A stretch of DNA of 60,000 bases from Lama guanicoe (Eukaryota), in assembly GCA_013239625.1 (NCBI GenBank), contig MU053873.1, positions 386,524 through 446,523 on the forward strand, in the 5' to 3' direction. Position numbers and translations under genes: made by a program. This document shows, one piece after another, positions 9,557 through 23,469 of this stretch (positions are counted from its first letter, which is position 1; the number at the start of each line of letters is the position of its first letter). Under the pieces are notes generated by a model. The model saw nothing but the letters and a program-made list of their open reading frames with translations. It did not search any database and had not been told where the DNA came from.

Positions 9557-12324
9557 CTTGAAAAAAAATTAGATCTTACACACATGAACAATTCAACTGG
9601 CTTTTGCCAAGTTGTTCTAGAAGTTAACTTGGGTTTATTCTGCCAGAAAAGTGAATGCCAAGCACATATATCGCTGGATTTCCCTTAAAAACTGTCCTCT
9701 CAGAATTCTCATGTCTCCATTCACTCAACATTAGCTATAATATCTCAATTTAAATATTAGGGCCGTTAAGTTTTTTGTTTGGCTTTATATTTCCATTTCA
9801 ACCCTTCCTATGTGCCTGTCCCATCCTTAAGTGAAGATCTGTTCCTTGTTAATATTTTGTATTTCTTGAACAACAAGCAGTCCAGCAATTCTTATTTTAA
9901 TGGGAATAACTTCTTCAAAGCAGTAAGTCCCTCTATTATAACCAGTGTCAACCAGCAGTCTAACCCCCACTCCACCCCCCAAAAAAATCTAGCTCCCTGG
10001 GTGATTTTGAGTACTCAAGCCTACAACTATACACAGCTTAAAGGCTTGGGATAGAAGAGCCATGCCCTTGCCCAGGATGCGAGGGAGAATAGTACCAGGG
10101 TCAGATTTTCAAATACGGAGAGAAGAATCATTCTTTTCTATGAACAAAGGTCCCAGTACAGTCATCTAGATGTACACCTACTGGACTGCATTCAAACTCA
10201 GAAAAGACTGCTGGCAAGAGCTTTTACTTCATACTAAATAGGCAACTGTGTAACAGGAGAAGACCCATAGTCATATGCTGCTTATGGTTAAACAAGATGT
10301 GCTTAATGGGCATTTCACAGAAGAGAGGTCAGAGAGGTTGGTCTGATGCTACTAAACTAGCAACTGAATTGTTTAGTCTTCCGTCAGGACTCCAGATTAA
10401 TGCTCAAGTACACAATGATCACAAAGAAGGCAGCTAAAATGAGGACACTGAGCATATGGGAAAGAAGCTTTAAGCTTCAGTCCATCTTTTTTTAGAGTTT
10501 GAAATGGGGCTAAGAGCAGAGTCAAGAGTTTTGCAAAGGTTTTTATGAGCTTCACAGGTGAACTCCAATAGCAACGTGGAGACTTCTTCCAAAGCAGATT
10601 AAGACCCAGAGCCGTGGCCACCGTATGGCTGGCTTAACTATGACAAGTTCAATAGTCAAAAACTAAAATTTATACAAATACAAAGTAATGATGTACTTTT
10701 CCCACTTCCCTCCTCTCTGACACACTGTATTCTTAACAGGCTAGGCAGAGAAGAATCTATAAAAGGTTTTATTAACTTCTGATAGACTAAACTAACTTCC
10801 ACCCTTCAGAGCCTATGCTTGTGATCTCATGTGTTGGGGCAGATTATAAAATGGCATGACTTTGAAATACCTCTAGTACTATCTCAACCTAAAGCTGACT
10901 TGTAAGAATGTAGTTGTCTGGCCTGATCGTTACTGATGAGTAATGCTGCAGCCACCATCAACACTCAACAATACTGGTGGAGGCAGAACCACCAGGCTGA
11001 CTGGCTTTAAAAATGCCACCACAGTATTTTTTAAGAGCAAGTTTCCCCCTGTACTCCACAGTGAAAATATATAAAAGGAAAAAGCGATACCTATATATAA
11101 ATATACATACTCAAATCAGGTCACTGAAGTACAGTAAGACTGACTGCATGTTAACTGCAACAGGTTAACCTCAGTGTGAAAGTACATGTTGAAAAGAAAC
11201 AAAATACAACCTTTACTAATAGATAAGTTCCAATCAGTTACAATGGCATCCTCTTGTTTATTTATAATTTCCAAAATGTTTTCACAAGCATGGCATATTT
11301 ACTGAATTGAACTCACCAGCATTAACAGATTTGATCTTCAGGATACCCATATCAGCATGGGCAGGAAGAACAAAAATGTCCCACTTTGAAGAACAAAGGA
11401 AACTAAAGTACAGAGGATAAATGGCTTGCCCAACATTATTTTTGAATTAAATGGTAAGGGTTTGATTTCAGGATTTCTAGTTCCTAAATCAGTACTTTAC
11501 CCCCAAATGCCTCCATCAATGACAAACCCATAAAAAGAGAGAGGAAACTGTGAACATCTGTATGTCCTAGTGGCCAAAGAATATCAGATCTTCAGGAGAA
11601 AGGTCTGAAGACCAAAGTCATCTCAGCTAAGGACAAAGCCATTTATCACGGATAGATAAGAGTGAAGTTCTAACCTGGCACATCTTAGGAATATCCTAAG
11701 AGGGCTCAAATCTCGAAGACACAACTAAAATTATCAAGGGAATAAGGAATCATCTAAAAAGATGAGGAATTTTCAGGCTGTGGTTCTGAAAGAAACAGGT
11801 TAGGAAAAACTAAGACTTGTTAACTAAACATTGGCAACCCAAGACTAGGGAATGCCTCCTGGAGTTAAGAGCCTTAAACAAATCAAAGTTCTTACATAAC
11901 AATGCAGCAAGATACACTCATTAACGTCATCATCCTAGGAGATGGTAAAGACAAAAAAAATCTAATAAATAAGATGTAATAATGGTTAAAATTCAGCAAA
12001 TATACATGTAAGATTTGTGCGTTTCATTGTAGGTAAATGTTTCTTTTTAAAAAACTTGAAACATAAAACAAAAAAACACAGTGTCATCTCACATAACGAA
12101 GGAAAAAGAGATGCAATGGATTAGGGAGTGAAGTGAGACAGTTTAGGCATAATCTCATAATCTTCCAAGGCTGGTGTGGATGACTCTTGGTTCCTCTGGC
12201 TGAGCAGGCTTGTGGAAAGCTTGGATTTTTGAGGCTTTCCTTGAGGTTCCACAAGGGCAGGTGCCTCTGTTTTTCATCTCTGTATCCATAGGACCCCACA
12301 CAGTCAGTTCCCAATAGCTGAGAA

Positions 12325-12480
12325 CTGGGTTCAGGTCCTAGCTCTGTCACTGCCTAGCACTGGGACTTGGCAACAGGCTTTACCTCTGAGTCTCCATTTC
12401 TTTGGCTCCTAAAATAGACACCAGCCTATCCTGTTTGTATGACAAGGTCATGAGGGTCAAACAAAAGTACATTCTAAAAC
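12325..12480 (+). mobile_element. MIR SINE remnant
   Basis: ctgggttcaggtcctagctctgtcactgcctagc...ctctgagtctccatttc...taaaat, MIR core. Confidence 0.6.
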
Positions 12481-13463
12481 ATCTTTAAAAATAAGATGTC
12501 TGTGCTTGTTATATTTTAATTAAATATATGAACCAAAATCTTCAACCAGTGAATGAGCCAGGAAACAAAAGTATTACAAGCATAGCTAGATTAGCCTTCA
12601 ATGTTTAAAATGACCCAAGGAAGAACTGTTAAGATTGAAGGTTGAAATAGAGGTTTAAAAGCCCCAACAGTAGACTTTATTAGGAGGAAGCTCACAACTT
12701 ATCCCTGCTTAAGAATTCAAGAAGTTTTTTCTAAGCTGGACACATGAAAGATTTAGTGCTGGACCAAAATTCTATTTATGGCTGCATAAAATGTATAGAA
12801 AACTATATACAGAATAGCAACATGAACGTGGTCAGAGTCAGTTCTGAAAGAGAAAGACAATGAGTGAGACAAAGACTTCATGAGGAGTCAGGAAGCATGG
12901 GTTCCAGTACAAGCTCAGCTTCTGTATTTGTCCTGAATAAAGCCACTGGCCTCTCTGGGCCTGTTTCACATCATCTGAGATAAAAGAGGTGACAACAGAT
13001 AATCTACAACTTGTAAATTCAAAGATAGCAAAAAGCCATTTTGTAATCCATTATTCTGTGGCCTCGCCTCACACCTCTCTGTACCTTTGTTCATGCTACT
13101 TGCTCTAAGTGTTCTGTACTTTTCCCCATTCTATAATCAATGAACTCTTATCCAACCTTCAAGGCCTACTCAAAAGTCATTGACAACGTGAAGTCTCTGC
13201 AAACAGACAAACACTCATGGTTCACTTCCAGTAGGTTTCCATAACATCCATCAAACAATTCTACAGTTGTTTTAGGCCCAATCAATTGCGATGCCACTGA
13301 AAGGCAGGAAACATCTACTGAGCTCAGAAGAATGATGGACATATGCTAGGTGCTTCATAAAAAGTACTCTGATGAAACACATGAATGCTTACTCATTTCA
13401 TGTTAAGGTATCTCAAGTAGTAATTTGATAAAGTCACCATCTGCACATTTTAGAAAGGCCTAC

Positions 13464-13630
13464 CTGGTCTGCACAGGTCTCCATGTTGCTCTTTTTCACT
13501 GGCGTAGACTTCCATGCACCAAGCATGGTATGCAAATGAGAAGAGATCTTCTATTTTAGCAGGTGGTCGGATTGCATTGTTCAGTCTCTTAAGCCACTCT
13601 TGACATTGCTCAAAGGTTGAGAACTGACAC
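13464..13630 (-). CDS. MTMR3: MTMR3 coding exon, 167 nt: (R)CQFSTFEQCQEWLKRLNNAIRPPAKIEDLFSFAYHAWCMEVYASEKEQHGDLCRP(G)
   Basis: tacaaag|GTGTCAG...AGACCAG|gtaggc; lies within ORF 13450..13701; phase 2-1. Confidence 0.97.
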
Positions 13631-14669
13631 CTTTGTAAAGCCAAACAAGTACAAATGTAATCAGAAGGCAGTTGACAATGAAAACTAAGGGAAGCCACCA
13701 TTTCAAGAGTGCTTACTCACAGTGAAGTGACAACTACAGTCAAGAAAGCATTAGAGAAGTCCATTCCCATGTTTATCATTTATAAAAAAAACAGGTCCAA
13801 CAAATTTTAGCCAGTGGTGCAAAATGTCAAAAAGAAGAGAGCTAAACATGTAGAAAACTGGGGGTTTTTTTTGACAAATAAAATCTCTTGAGATTGGTTA
13901 ATAACAATGATTAAAGTAACATGGCAGTCATTCTCTTCCAGGAATGGAATTTTATTATACTTCTTCCACCAAAGCTTTATGGTTGTCCTCAAGAAATATG
14001 GTTAGAGAAGTTCTTTTTGTTTTGTTATGACATATTATGCCAAGTTCACAATTAGTTCACAGTACTACTTTTGGCCAATTGGGGAATAATACCAAAATTT
14101 ACCTATTTAGCAATTAGAATAAACTAGTAACTTTAGATTGAAAGTAAGATACGCTACACTGAAACTTTCAGCAATGACCATGTAGAGAACAAAACAATTC
14201 TATTATCAATTACAATTTTCAGTATATATAACTAGGAGATAACTAGGAGATTAAAATAGTGTAAAAAAATAGTTTATCTTTTCAAACGCAGGGTTTTAAA
14301 TTGAGTAGTTAATAAGCAAGCTTTATAAACTGTAACTTATAAGCAGCAGCTATAAAAAGCAAGCCAAATCTCAATAGCTAGAAAGGAACTTAAATATTTA
14401 CCTTAAAACCAAGGATGTCACTTAAACCTTTCCCCTCATCCCAATCAGTGTGGCTCATCAATATGCTAACACACAATGTTCACTGGCACTCCAGAATAGG
14501 GCAAAGAAATAAAGTAAAAACTTGGAGAACTAAAAACTGGTAGAGCTACTCAATTTTAAACGCATTTTAGACATTACTTTGCAAAACCAGTATAGCAAAG
14601 ATTAGGTCAGACAAAACCAACACTAGAGAAATTTGATGAGAAGCAGGACATTTGTAGTGTCTTAAAGTG

Positions 14670-15321
14670 ACTCCCAGACTGTTTATAAGTTGCAAGGGAA
14701 AAAAATGTACAAATTACACAGAAAGTGAGTCTTAAACTCACTTTATTCTCTTGACAAGAGTGGTCAAAGTTATCATCAATAAGAGACAGATGGACACTGT
14801 TTGCCTTCAGCTGTAATACAGTATCCTGAAAAGGACACAACCTCATACATACAGTATTTCAGCTTAGAATGCACAATCTCAATTTAACCATGAAGAAACA
14901 CTGGAGAGACAAAATAAACATTCTATTATGAGATTTTTTTCTTCAAAATGTGAATGTCATGAAAGACAAAGAAAGGTGGTGGGAAATATTCCAGATTGAA
15001 GGAGGCTACAGAATCATGACAACTAAACATAATACCTGCCTTGACTAGATCTTGTTCTAAATGAGACAGGAGTAGGGGAAATGTCATAAAAGGCATTATT
15101 AGGTCAACAGACAAAACTGGAACATGGATAGTAGATTGAACAAAGATACTGTAAGTGTAAAACTGAAGTTGATAATGATACTGTGGGTATGTATGAAAAT
15201 ATCCCTATGCTTAGGAAAGCATACTAAATAAAGTATTTCAGGGTGAAGAGCCATGATTATGTAACTTACTTTCAAATCATTCAGGAAAAGAATCTCTCTC
15301 ACTCTCAAACACTCAAACACT

Positions 15322-15363
<42 letters not shown>

Positions 15364-15460
15364 GAAAGTGATAAAGCAAATGGGGTAAAATGTTAACAGC
15401 ATATTTACTATTTTTATTTTTTGTACTTCTTTGTAAATTTATGTCCAAATAAAAATTTTT
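14670..15460 (+). mobile_element. Old L1 (L1MC-like) 3'UTR containing a CA microsatellite
   Basis: ttccagattgaaggaggctacagaatcatgacaactaaa...gataaagcaaatggggtaaaatgttaaca resembles L1MC 3' ends. Confidence 0.7.
15325..15360. repeat. (AC)n microsatellite preceded by three actcaaac-like units
   Basis: Directly visible acacacac... run. Confidence 0.95.
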
Positions 15461-15636
15461 AAAATATTGTTCAAATAGCAAAGTCGCCTAAAGATTCAAT
15501 ATTTCAGGAACTAACTATTCAGAAAATATTCCTAACTAAGCTAACCCTCAAAAGCTGTTCTTCTGTTATCAAACCATGGATCCATCCTTTAAAAAATATT
15601 TTCCACACTAAACAGCAGCATAAACACACCACATAC

Positions 15637-15719
15637 CTGATAACTTTGCAGTCTTTGCAAGTCAAATGAAGCTGAAATATATCTCGGCATTCAACACTTT
15701 CTATAAGCTGTAATGGAAC
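15637..15719 (-). CDS. MTMR3: MTMR3 coding exon, 83 nt: VPLQLIESVECRDIFQLHLTCKDCKVI(R) (PH-GRAM)
   Basis: ttgtag|GTTCCA...GTTATCAG|gtatgt; phase 0-2. Confidence 0.96.
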
Positions 15720-18700
15720 CTACAATTAAAAAAGATGAAGTCCCCTTAGTCAAAAAGGTATTGACCCTGAAGTTCTTCAATGTGTCCAACCAGGGTGATT
15801 AGAAAGCTCTATAGTAGAACAAAGCACACAACTGCATAGTCATCTGAATCAACAGTACTCAATGATTTACAGGGTGATTTAGGTTTCCCTTTATCAATCT
15901 CTAAAATCAATGGCATCAAGTCACATCATAGCATGAAGTCAACAAATGAAGAGGCGCTACCACATCTGGAAGAATAGGGAAACAAGTCATCACTTAGGCA
16001 GCAAACTCACAAGTTTATCTTTCAAAATACTATTTATGACACTGCTGGCTGTGATTTGAGACGACACAGGAGCTGAAGGGAACCAGAATGGTTATTCTGT
16101 CTTGTTTACAGAAAAGAACTGCAGATCAAGGTGGCAGAGGGACTACACTTTTCACTTGCCCCAAATGATAAAGTGGGCGTGTGGCTTCGTGTCAGCAAAG
16201 GAGCATCCTGAAAAAGGACCGGAGATTTAAACTGCCTGCAGGTTCCACAGAAAAGACAAGGCAGGAGCCTGACAAAGTTGCTGGTCTGCTCAGTAGAAAA
16301 GATCCACAGGAGGGAGCAGGCCATACAGGAGCCTCATCAGCTAGATCTAATTTGCTTCCAAAGCCAAGTCCTGCCAAGTGGCGAGATACGAGTAAGCCAG
16401 AAGGGTTCTCTTCCTGCCATCCAGTCAGCAGACTCTAGTGAACACAGGATTAAGTACAACAGTGGAGAGGGATCAGAGAAGGCAGGCAGACAGGAGAGAA
16501 AGCATCTGAACAGGGTGACAAATCCTCAAGTTGTCATGAGAATCCTTCTCCTGTCCCTCAACTCATCCTGACTCAACCTCTGGCTTCAAAAAGCAATTTC
16601 CAAAACTTCCAAAGAGAGTCTAGTAAAATAACAGTGGACACTCTCACTGGTTGGAAAAGGGATAGATCACTCTTAGACTGAATCATGCCTAGCCAAAATG
16701 TGGCTCCAGGAGTTGCAAGTAGCATTCCAACAATTTGTGTTTTGCATAAGAAGGAAGTAGTCTCCTTCAGCCCAGACAGAAACAAGAGTGCTGCTTGCCC
16801 AGGGTGGCCCTCGTGTTAGTTGAGCCAGTTTCAGAAACAGGCTTCTTGGCAACCCCTGCCCCACCATGCAGTTGCCAGAGTCAGTGAGAACACTCAGAAC
16901 AAGGATGTGGGGATCAAAAAGCCTAATGCTGGACATTTTAGACAAAAACAGAAACTGGGGTAGGGATTAAAAAAGAGAAAAAAGCAAAATATTACTCAGG
17001 TAATGGCTGGGAGTTTCTACCTCAGGACTAGTACTTTCCTAATTAATCTACAAAATTCCCTTACATTTATAATTGGACCAGGAATAAGAGAAAGACTAAG
17101 AATTCTTGCCTGTGTTCTGAGAAAAAAGGAGCTTTGGCCCTCTTTTTGTTTAAGTCCTTAACCCCAAGGTGCTGTGAGAAACTGGAGCTGATGCAGCTAA
17201 AAATTCTCTCAATACCTGTACATCTAAGAAGGAAAAAACAGAACAAAACAATGTATCAGTAGAGATAATTGTGAAGAAGTAACAGGAGATTAAGAGATCA
17301 GAAGAGGACACTGATTTGTTCTCAGGCCGCTCCTTTGGGTATCCTGTAACACTTGGGGGTTTTTTGGTTCTGGGTTTTTTGGGTTTTTTTTTTTTTTAAG
17401 TACAACCCTTCTCTCTCCCCACCAAAAAAAAAAAAGCTGGCAGGCTCAGGCTAGCAATAGCAATTAAGAGGCCATAGTTCTAATTTCAGTTTCCTAAAAT
17501 TCTGCCTGCATCCTGACTTTCCTGGACAATCTTCCAACCTTCCTATACGCCACCAGCCTCCGCTTTCTGAACCTCAGATGGTCACAACTTAGGACGTCCC
17601 AGGCACAGGGAACAGGAAGAGCCTGGGATGGAGTGAGTGAGCTCCACAAATCCACGTGCTCTCTCAGCAGTCACCTGTATCTCAGGTCCCCTTCGATCAC
17701 CTTTCCTTATAATAGCTAGAAAACCTGAAAACCAGCTAACACTATTAGCAGCTGCTGGAGGGAGTGGACAGTCTGTGCTATTTTGCTACAAAGAGTCGGT
17801 AAGTTTTACATCCCTACTATTGGACTAGAGCCCAGAAGCCTATGTCCAGACTTTCAAAATACAAATATGAAACACTTCAGGGCATGCAAAACATTTGCTA
17901 CCTAAATGCTTTCAAATACAAATTTTCATTACTTTAACACTGCAAATGTAAGGAAGAAGGATAAAAATATTGGTTGCTGGTATCCAGATACAAGCAAGTC
18001 ATCAGAATTAACCATATGTACTCAAGTCACAGGTAAGGGAAAACAGCAGATTTTAATAATCATGCAGATTGTCACACGCAGGGAAGTTTAATATCTAGCA
18101 AGAACAGGGACACAGAAGAGAAATACTCGATTTTATATCAAATGAACATCTCCCTTTTTTGTTCCTCTTTCTACCCCAATGATACTCTTCAGTGTTCCCT
18201 CCACAGACTGCCTCCTCTTCTAAAAAGGCAGAGCTGGCCTTCTTTTCCTCTTCATACATCCAACCAAACCAAAACTGTCGTCACATATGATATGAGGACC
18301 ATTTCTATCACCAGACATACCCAATATTCAACCTCATAAGCAAAGAACTACATATTTAAGAGTCAGACCATTTTAAAGCCAAGGATGGTTAAGCCACTAC
18401 ACTAAAGACAGTGGCAAAGAAAGGACCAGAATCCATGTCTGTCCTCTAGCCCAGACTTCTACCATTGTATATGGTACTCCTTTCTTTCTCCCTTTATGAC
18501 TGCCATTCCCTTCTGCATGAGCTCTACCTTAGTTTCTCTTTCACAATTAACTAGCCTCTTCACCAGAGATCTTCAAGAAGAAAAATAGAATTTAAACCAG
18601 ATTCCTTAGAGGCAATTCTATCCATGGAAGAGTAGTAAGAAATCTAAAGTCACATTCACATCCTCTCTAATCCACCAATTCAATGTTTTGTAGAAATTCA

Positions 18701-20954
18701 TTTTAATTTTGCTCGTTTCTCCTCTAACTTCTACCTGCCAAGCAATTCTATCTCCCTTTACAGTGCTTTTCCTCTTAATGAAATCCACCAAACTCATGCT
18801 CAAAACAAGGCAAATACACTCAGTGCTGTTAATCAATTCCTCAAGAGGTCAAAAGTTACATCATGTACACCAAAACTCTTAAGCACATCAATCCAAAAAA
18901 GCAGAAGAGCAGCAGTTTAAAATTTTCAAAGACATGCACAAGTATTAAAGAGAGACAGCACTCTCTCATTCCAGAGGGAATTTTATGTCATCACATCCTA
19001 CTATATTTGCTGTAATTCAGTCTGGGTATTGGTGGGGAGGGGACATGCGCACATGAGCACACGCATGCACGTGTGTATTATATTTAAGCACTAGAATTTA
19101 AAAGTAGGATAATATCTACCTTTTAAAAAGAAATGCCCTTTTTATAGCCTGAATGGGAAGTACTAATCTTGTATTACATTGAACCAAAAATGGCAGTATG
19201 TGTAAAAATATAGCAAAATAATGAGTCTTAACCTAAAATCTGTAATAAATTGTGGAATACCTGGGCTCTAAATCTTATGATTTAAAAACCAGCCTAAAGA
19301 AGACTGTCATACATTAAAGACCCAAACCCTTTATTGCTCACTTTTGGTATTTACAAGATACTCTTCCAGCACTGGTTTCAGAGGCCTCTCTAGTTTATGA
19401 ATGCTAAGGCCAAAGTACATTAAGTTTTAATAATAACCTTATTCTGAGGCTTGGGGAATAAAGATTTTTGATGTATGACAGTTAGACAATGGGGAAAAAA
19501 AAGTGGGAAAATGCTAAGGAAGGTGTTTCCAAATGTACTTCCAGCTTGTTCCTAAGAAGCATTAACAGACCAGTCTGGAAACAGAAGTTTCAGTGTCCTT
19601 CTAAATACTAATGTTGATTTTATAAATTATTTCTGATTGAAATTCAGTTTACATTTTTTGAAGATCACAACTCCCTCTGCTTATGTTTGAACTGTGGGGC
19701 TTTATCCCCTGCTTCCAATCTGTCCTCATTACAGGGTACCACTAAACTTTGTCTAATAGAAGGGAAGGGACTCATGCCGAGAGGACACACTTCGCAGATT
19801 TACAAGGTGAGCATCTGACACTCAAAATCAGTTTGTTCCAAGCACAGGTGCAACAACAGCCTAGTATTCTCATGCTACTTACTGGGATTTCAGAAGCAGC
19901 AGACTGAGAGGCAGTCTATTGAATTACACAACAAAAATTATTTTAAATATTCATGAACTCCATTTGAACACTTACTTGATTATAAATTAGATGAACAAAG
20001 AAATCTATCTGTACATATGTAAAAATATAGTTTGGGAAAAGCAGAATGGGAGCAATTCATACCTTAAATGCTACAAATGAACTGTACTACAGAGATTCTT
20101 TATTCTAGAAATTGGAAACTTGATAGACAGTAAACGTGTGTGGATTAAAGTAATGATGTATTTCAATGTGTTGTGAAATTAAGAGAACGTATGATATCAG
20201 GTAGCTATTTAAAACTTGATGGTAAGTCATTCTCTTAAGTGCTAAATATGCTGATTTAAAAGCATGCAAAATGATGCAAACTGGGACATACCACAATACG
20301 AACTGGCACATCTGGGCTTTGATAGTTGATATGTGTTTAATTTAGATATAATAATCTTTAAAGGGAGGTGTCTGTTGATCTCACATATTTTACTGAAATA
20401 CTTATCTGCTGAGGGAGGAAAGAAAGGAGAGACAGGGAGCAACACCACCAACTCTCTAGTCTCCATCCAGGACTTAGTAGTATAAGAGGAGTCATCGTTT
20501 CCTGGCGGAACCACAGGTTTTAGGAACCTTAGCACTAACAGTGATATGATTTATTTGTATGGGGAAGTCCTAGTCTCTCTCAATCTGAAACGTTTAAGGT
20601 CATTACAAAACAAAAAATACTTTTCCACAATCATTTTTCTGTGCAAAGTCATTATCTTTGGCTTTTTAAGCAACATGTAGGCTCTATGCCTTAGAGGGTT
20701 ATAATGCTAACTGTAAAACACTTTTAGGTGAAGAAATGGGTCAAAAGTAAGAATATGGGTAAGTTTTCTTAAGCACTGTATCTCAATCACAATGGGGGAC
20801 CAACAGTTCCAGTAAACAACCTACTCACAAAGCTACTGTTAGAGACAAAGATGACACAGGCCTATTCAGACAGAAATATTGCTTTTAAATGAGCTTTTAA
20901 CACAAAAAATGGGGTTTTTTAATGGTCTTATATCCATTTCAAACCCATAGTGAC

Positions 20955-21420
20955 TTCAATTCACTTAATATTTACTAAATACCATGGCACCAGGAGACAT
21001 GCTGGATTCTGAAGATACAAAGATGAACAACCAAAACATTACAACAAATCTGGTAAATGTTGTAAAGGTGTACTTGAGATACAGAAGCAGCTAGATGAGA
21101 ATGTAATCAACTGTCAGGGATGGAACAGGGACTGAGATAGACTTCAGAGAAGAGTTTATCACCTGAACTGGATTCTGACAGATGAAGAGAAGCACCCTGA
21201 GTAGAAGAGAGAACTCAGAAGTGTGAGGTATGGTTGACAGTCCAAGGAGGTGGCTTTACTAATACAAAGGGGAGAAGAGGGGGAAAAGGGAGACAGAAAA
21301 ACTGTCAGGGACTAAGGATCACACCACTTAGCTTGACACCATGCTAAGAAATTTCATCTTAGAAGTAGTGAAGAAACACTGAAGTGCTTTAGGCTGGCAA
21401 ATGACATGATCAAATCCATG
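20955..21420 (-). mobile_element. L2 remnant
   Basis: ttcacttaatatttactaaatacc...gaagatacaaagatgaacaa...tgacatgatcaaat resembles the reverse L2 3' end. Confidence 0.55.
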
Positions 21421-22844
21421 CTTTCTTTCCAACAGACCCTACTTCCAAATAGATCTAAGAATAGTCTTTTAAATACTTGGCCATAAACCAAAATGCTGAA
21501 AAATAGGGGCTGTATGGAAAAATGCAATGATATGAAACTATTACTACCTCCACATATAATTTAATTACAACTTCTAGACATTTAAACACAAAATTAAATT
21601 GGGCAGTTATTACTGTCATCATTTCCACAGCAGCTGGTAGAGAATTTCTGGTTGCTGGGATGTTATAGGCAATTTCATTCTGTCTTCTCCTGTCATGGCC
21701 ACCCAATGCCAAATGAACCCTGCTGAACACAGGGTTCTATGATATGAAAGCACAACAGGCCCGTGTCCTGGATGAATTCAGTGTGTATTTTACCTGACGG
21801 ACATAAAACTAACTTGATAGCTATGACCAAAGCCCAAATCCAGAAGCCAGAAGGAATTCAGGCCATGATAACTCCTGGATGGAAATGCTTAACCACAAAG
21901 AACGATAAATATTAAAATAATAAATGCCAAGCACCAAGAAAATCTCAGCCACCTGAGTCTTTTGACCAGGGAAAAACGTGACGAAGGAACTAGGTAACCT
22001 TTGGATGGTTGAGTAAAATAAACTTAAGTGACAGATTTTAAAGAACCCTAAAATGAACCCAAAAACACAGAGCCTGAATGAAAGTATAGTCCTGAGCTTT
22101 TATAAGATGTCATAATACACTTCTTTGTGCTAGAACCAAAGTGTAAAAAGCCACAATACTGTCCACTAAGGAAGAAAGAAGGCATTCACTTGGCCAAATA
22201 AGTACATGAACCTTTGCATCTCTGTGGCTGAAGGCATATTAATTGAAAACTATCAGTGATGACTACACCGGAAGAACCAGTTCACTGAGAACACCCTCAT
22301 AACCGAAAAGGGTAAATGCACTCTTGAGAACTGAGAGCCTTCCTTCTCTTCAGCAATATATAGTCCATTATGCAAATAAACATTGTACTTAACATCTATA
22401 TTTATACCACTAAGGAGCCATTAGAGTAACTTCAACCTTTAATGAAAGTCTGCATTGAGCTCAAAGTACATCTCATCAGTTAACATTAAGGTCCAGGAAA
22501 TTCTCTCAACTGAAGCAGTTGGTAACCACTAAAGACTGAGGAATAAAAGCCTATACAGCCTTTGCCCCCTTACAAAGCTTAATGATACAGCATTACCTAC
22601 TGCAAATCATGCACTGTTACTAAACACTCAGCTGCTCAGCTGACAACTACATGTATCACTTTAAATCAAGTGTAACAGCTGCCTCCTAACCTACTGTCCC
22701 AAGTGCTCAACTGAGAGAAAAGCAGAGCAGCCCATTTTTTCACACCCAATCCTGTACAACACTCCTCTCTTTGAGAACATTAACAAGTTTTTTGAATTCC
22801 TTTCTCCATCTACTTTACTGGGAGAATAGTTGATCATCACTTAC

Positions 22845-22961
22845 ATTAACAAGAGACTCCTTGAACTTGATGTGAAGTCTGTAATTAGAAAGGGCAATGA
22901 TGGCATCTTCAGCACGGCCCACATACTCTGTGCTTTCTCCATGAAGTTCAAGGAAAGGAAC
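22845..22961 (-). CDS. MTMR3: MTMR3 coding exon, 117 nt: VPFLELHGESTEYVGRAEDAIIALSNYRLHIKFKESLVN (PH-GRAM)
   Basis: ttttgaag|GTTCCT...GTTAAT|gtaagt; phase 0-0, open frame. Confidence 0.96.
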
Positions 22962-23379
22962 CTTCAAAATGGAAGAAGAAACCCTTCAGAGTTCTGAAGC
23001 AATAAAGCAAAGTCTTCGAACATGGGTCAAGTGAATGGATGATAAACCCTGTCACTCAAACTTAAAACACAGTACATAAATGGATAAGAGGCCTAAGGAG
23101 GATGGGTCTATACCTGCAAGATTTAAAAAAAAAAACAAAAACCTTGTTATTCATATTCTAGACTACTGAAGGAATGATAGATGATCATCTCAAGCAGTGA
23201 ATTCTCAGGAAAAGTCTTCCTAAAAGGAAAGATGTTTTCCAGCTTACATTTCTACCATGTGTATGGATTAGGAAAAAATATATTTATTATATAGTACATT
23301 ACTTCAATCCATTAGCTCTGCTACATTGTTACTATGATGCTTAATACTTATTTTACAATCCAAAGTGGCCTAAAATTAC

Positions 23380-23469
23380 CTGAAGATTTTCATCCTCCCG
23401 GATCAGCTGTTTCCTGGGAAAGATCTGGTTGGCCTGGATGCACTCAAGGCTGTGCCGAGTCTCTTCATC
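23380..23469 (-). CDS. MTMR3: MTMR3 coding exon, 90 nt: DEETRHSLECIQANQIFPRKQLIREDENLQ
   Basis: tttccag|GATGAAGAG...CTTCAG|gtaatt; recognisable MTMR3 N-terminus. Confidence 0.96.

Noticed and set aside
12070..12260. Purine-rich unique stretch ending in gggcag|gtgcct on the plus strand
   Set aside because: No clear acceptor or recognisable motif, so too weak to add to the putative antisense gene
17355..17435. T-rich and A-rich tracts flanking a short spacer, possible hairpin
   Set aside because: Only homopolymer pairing; the flanking G/C bases are mirrored rather than reverse-complementary
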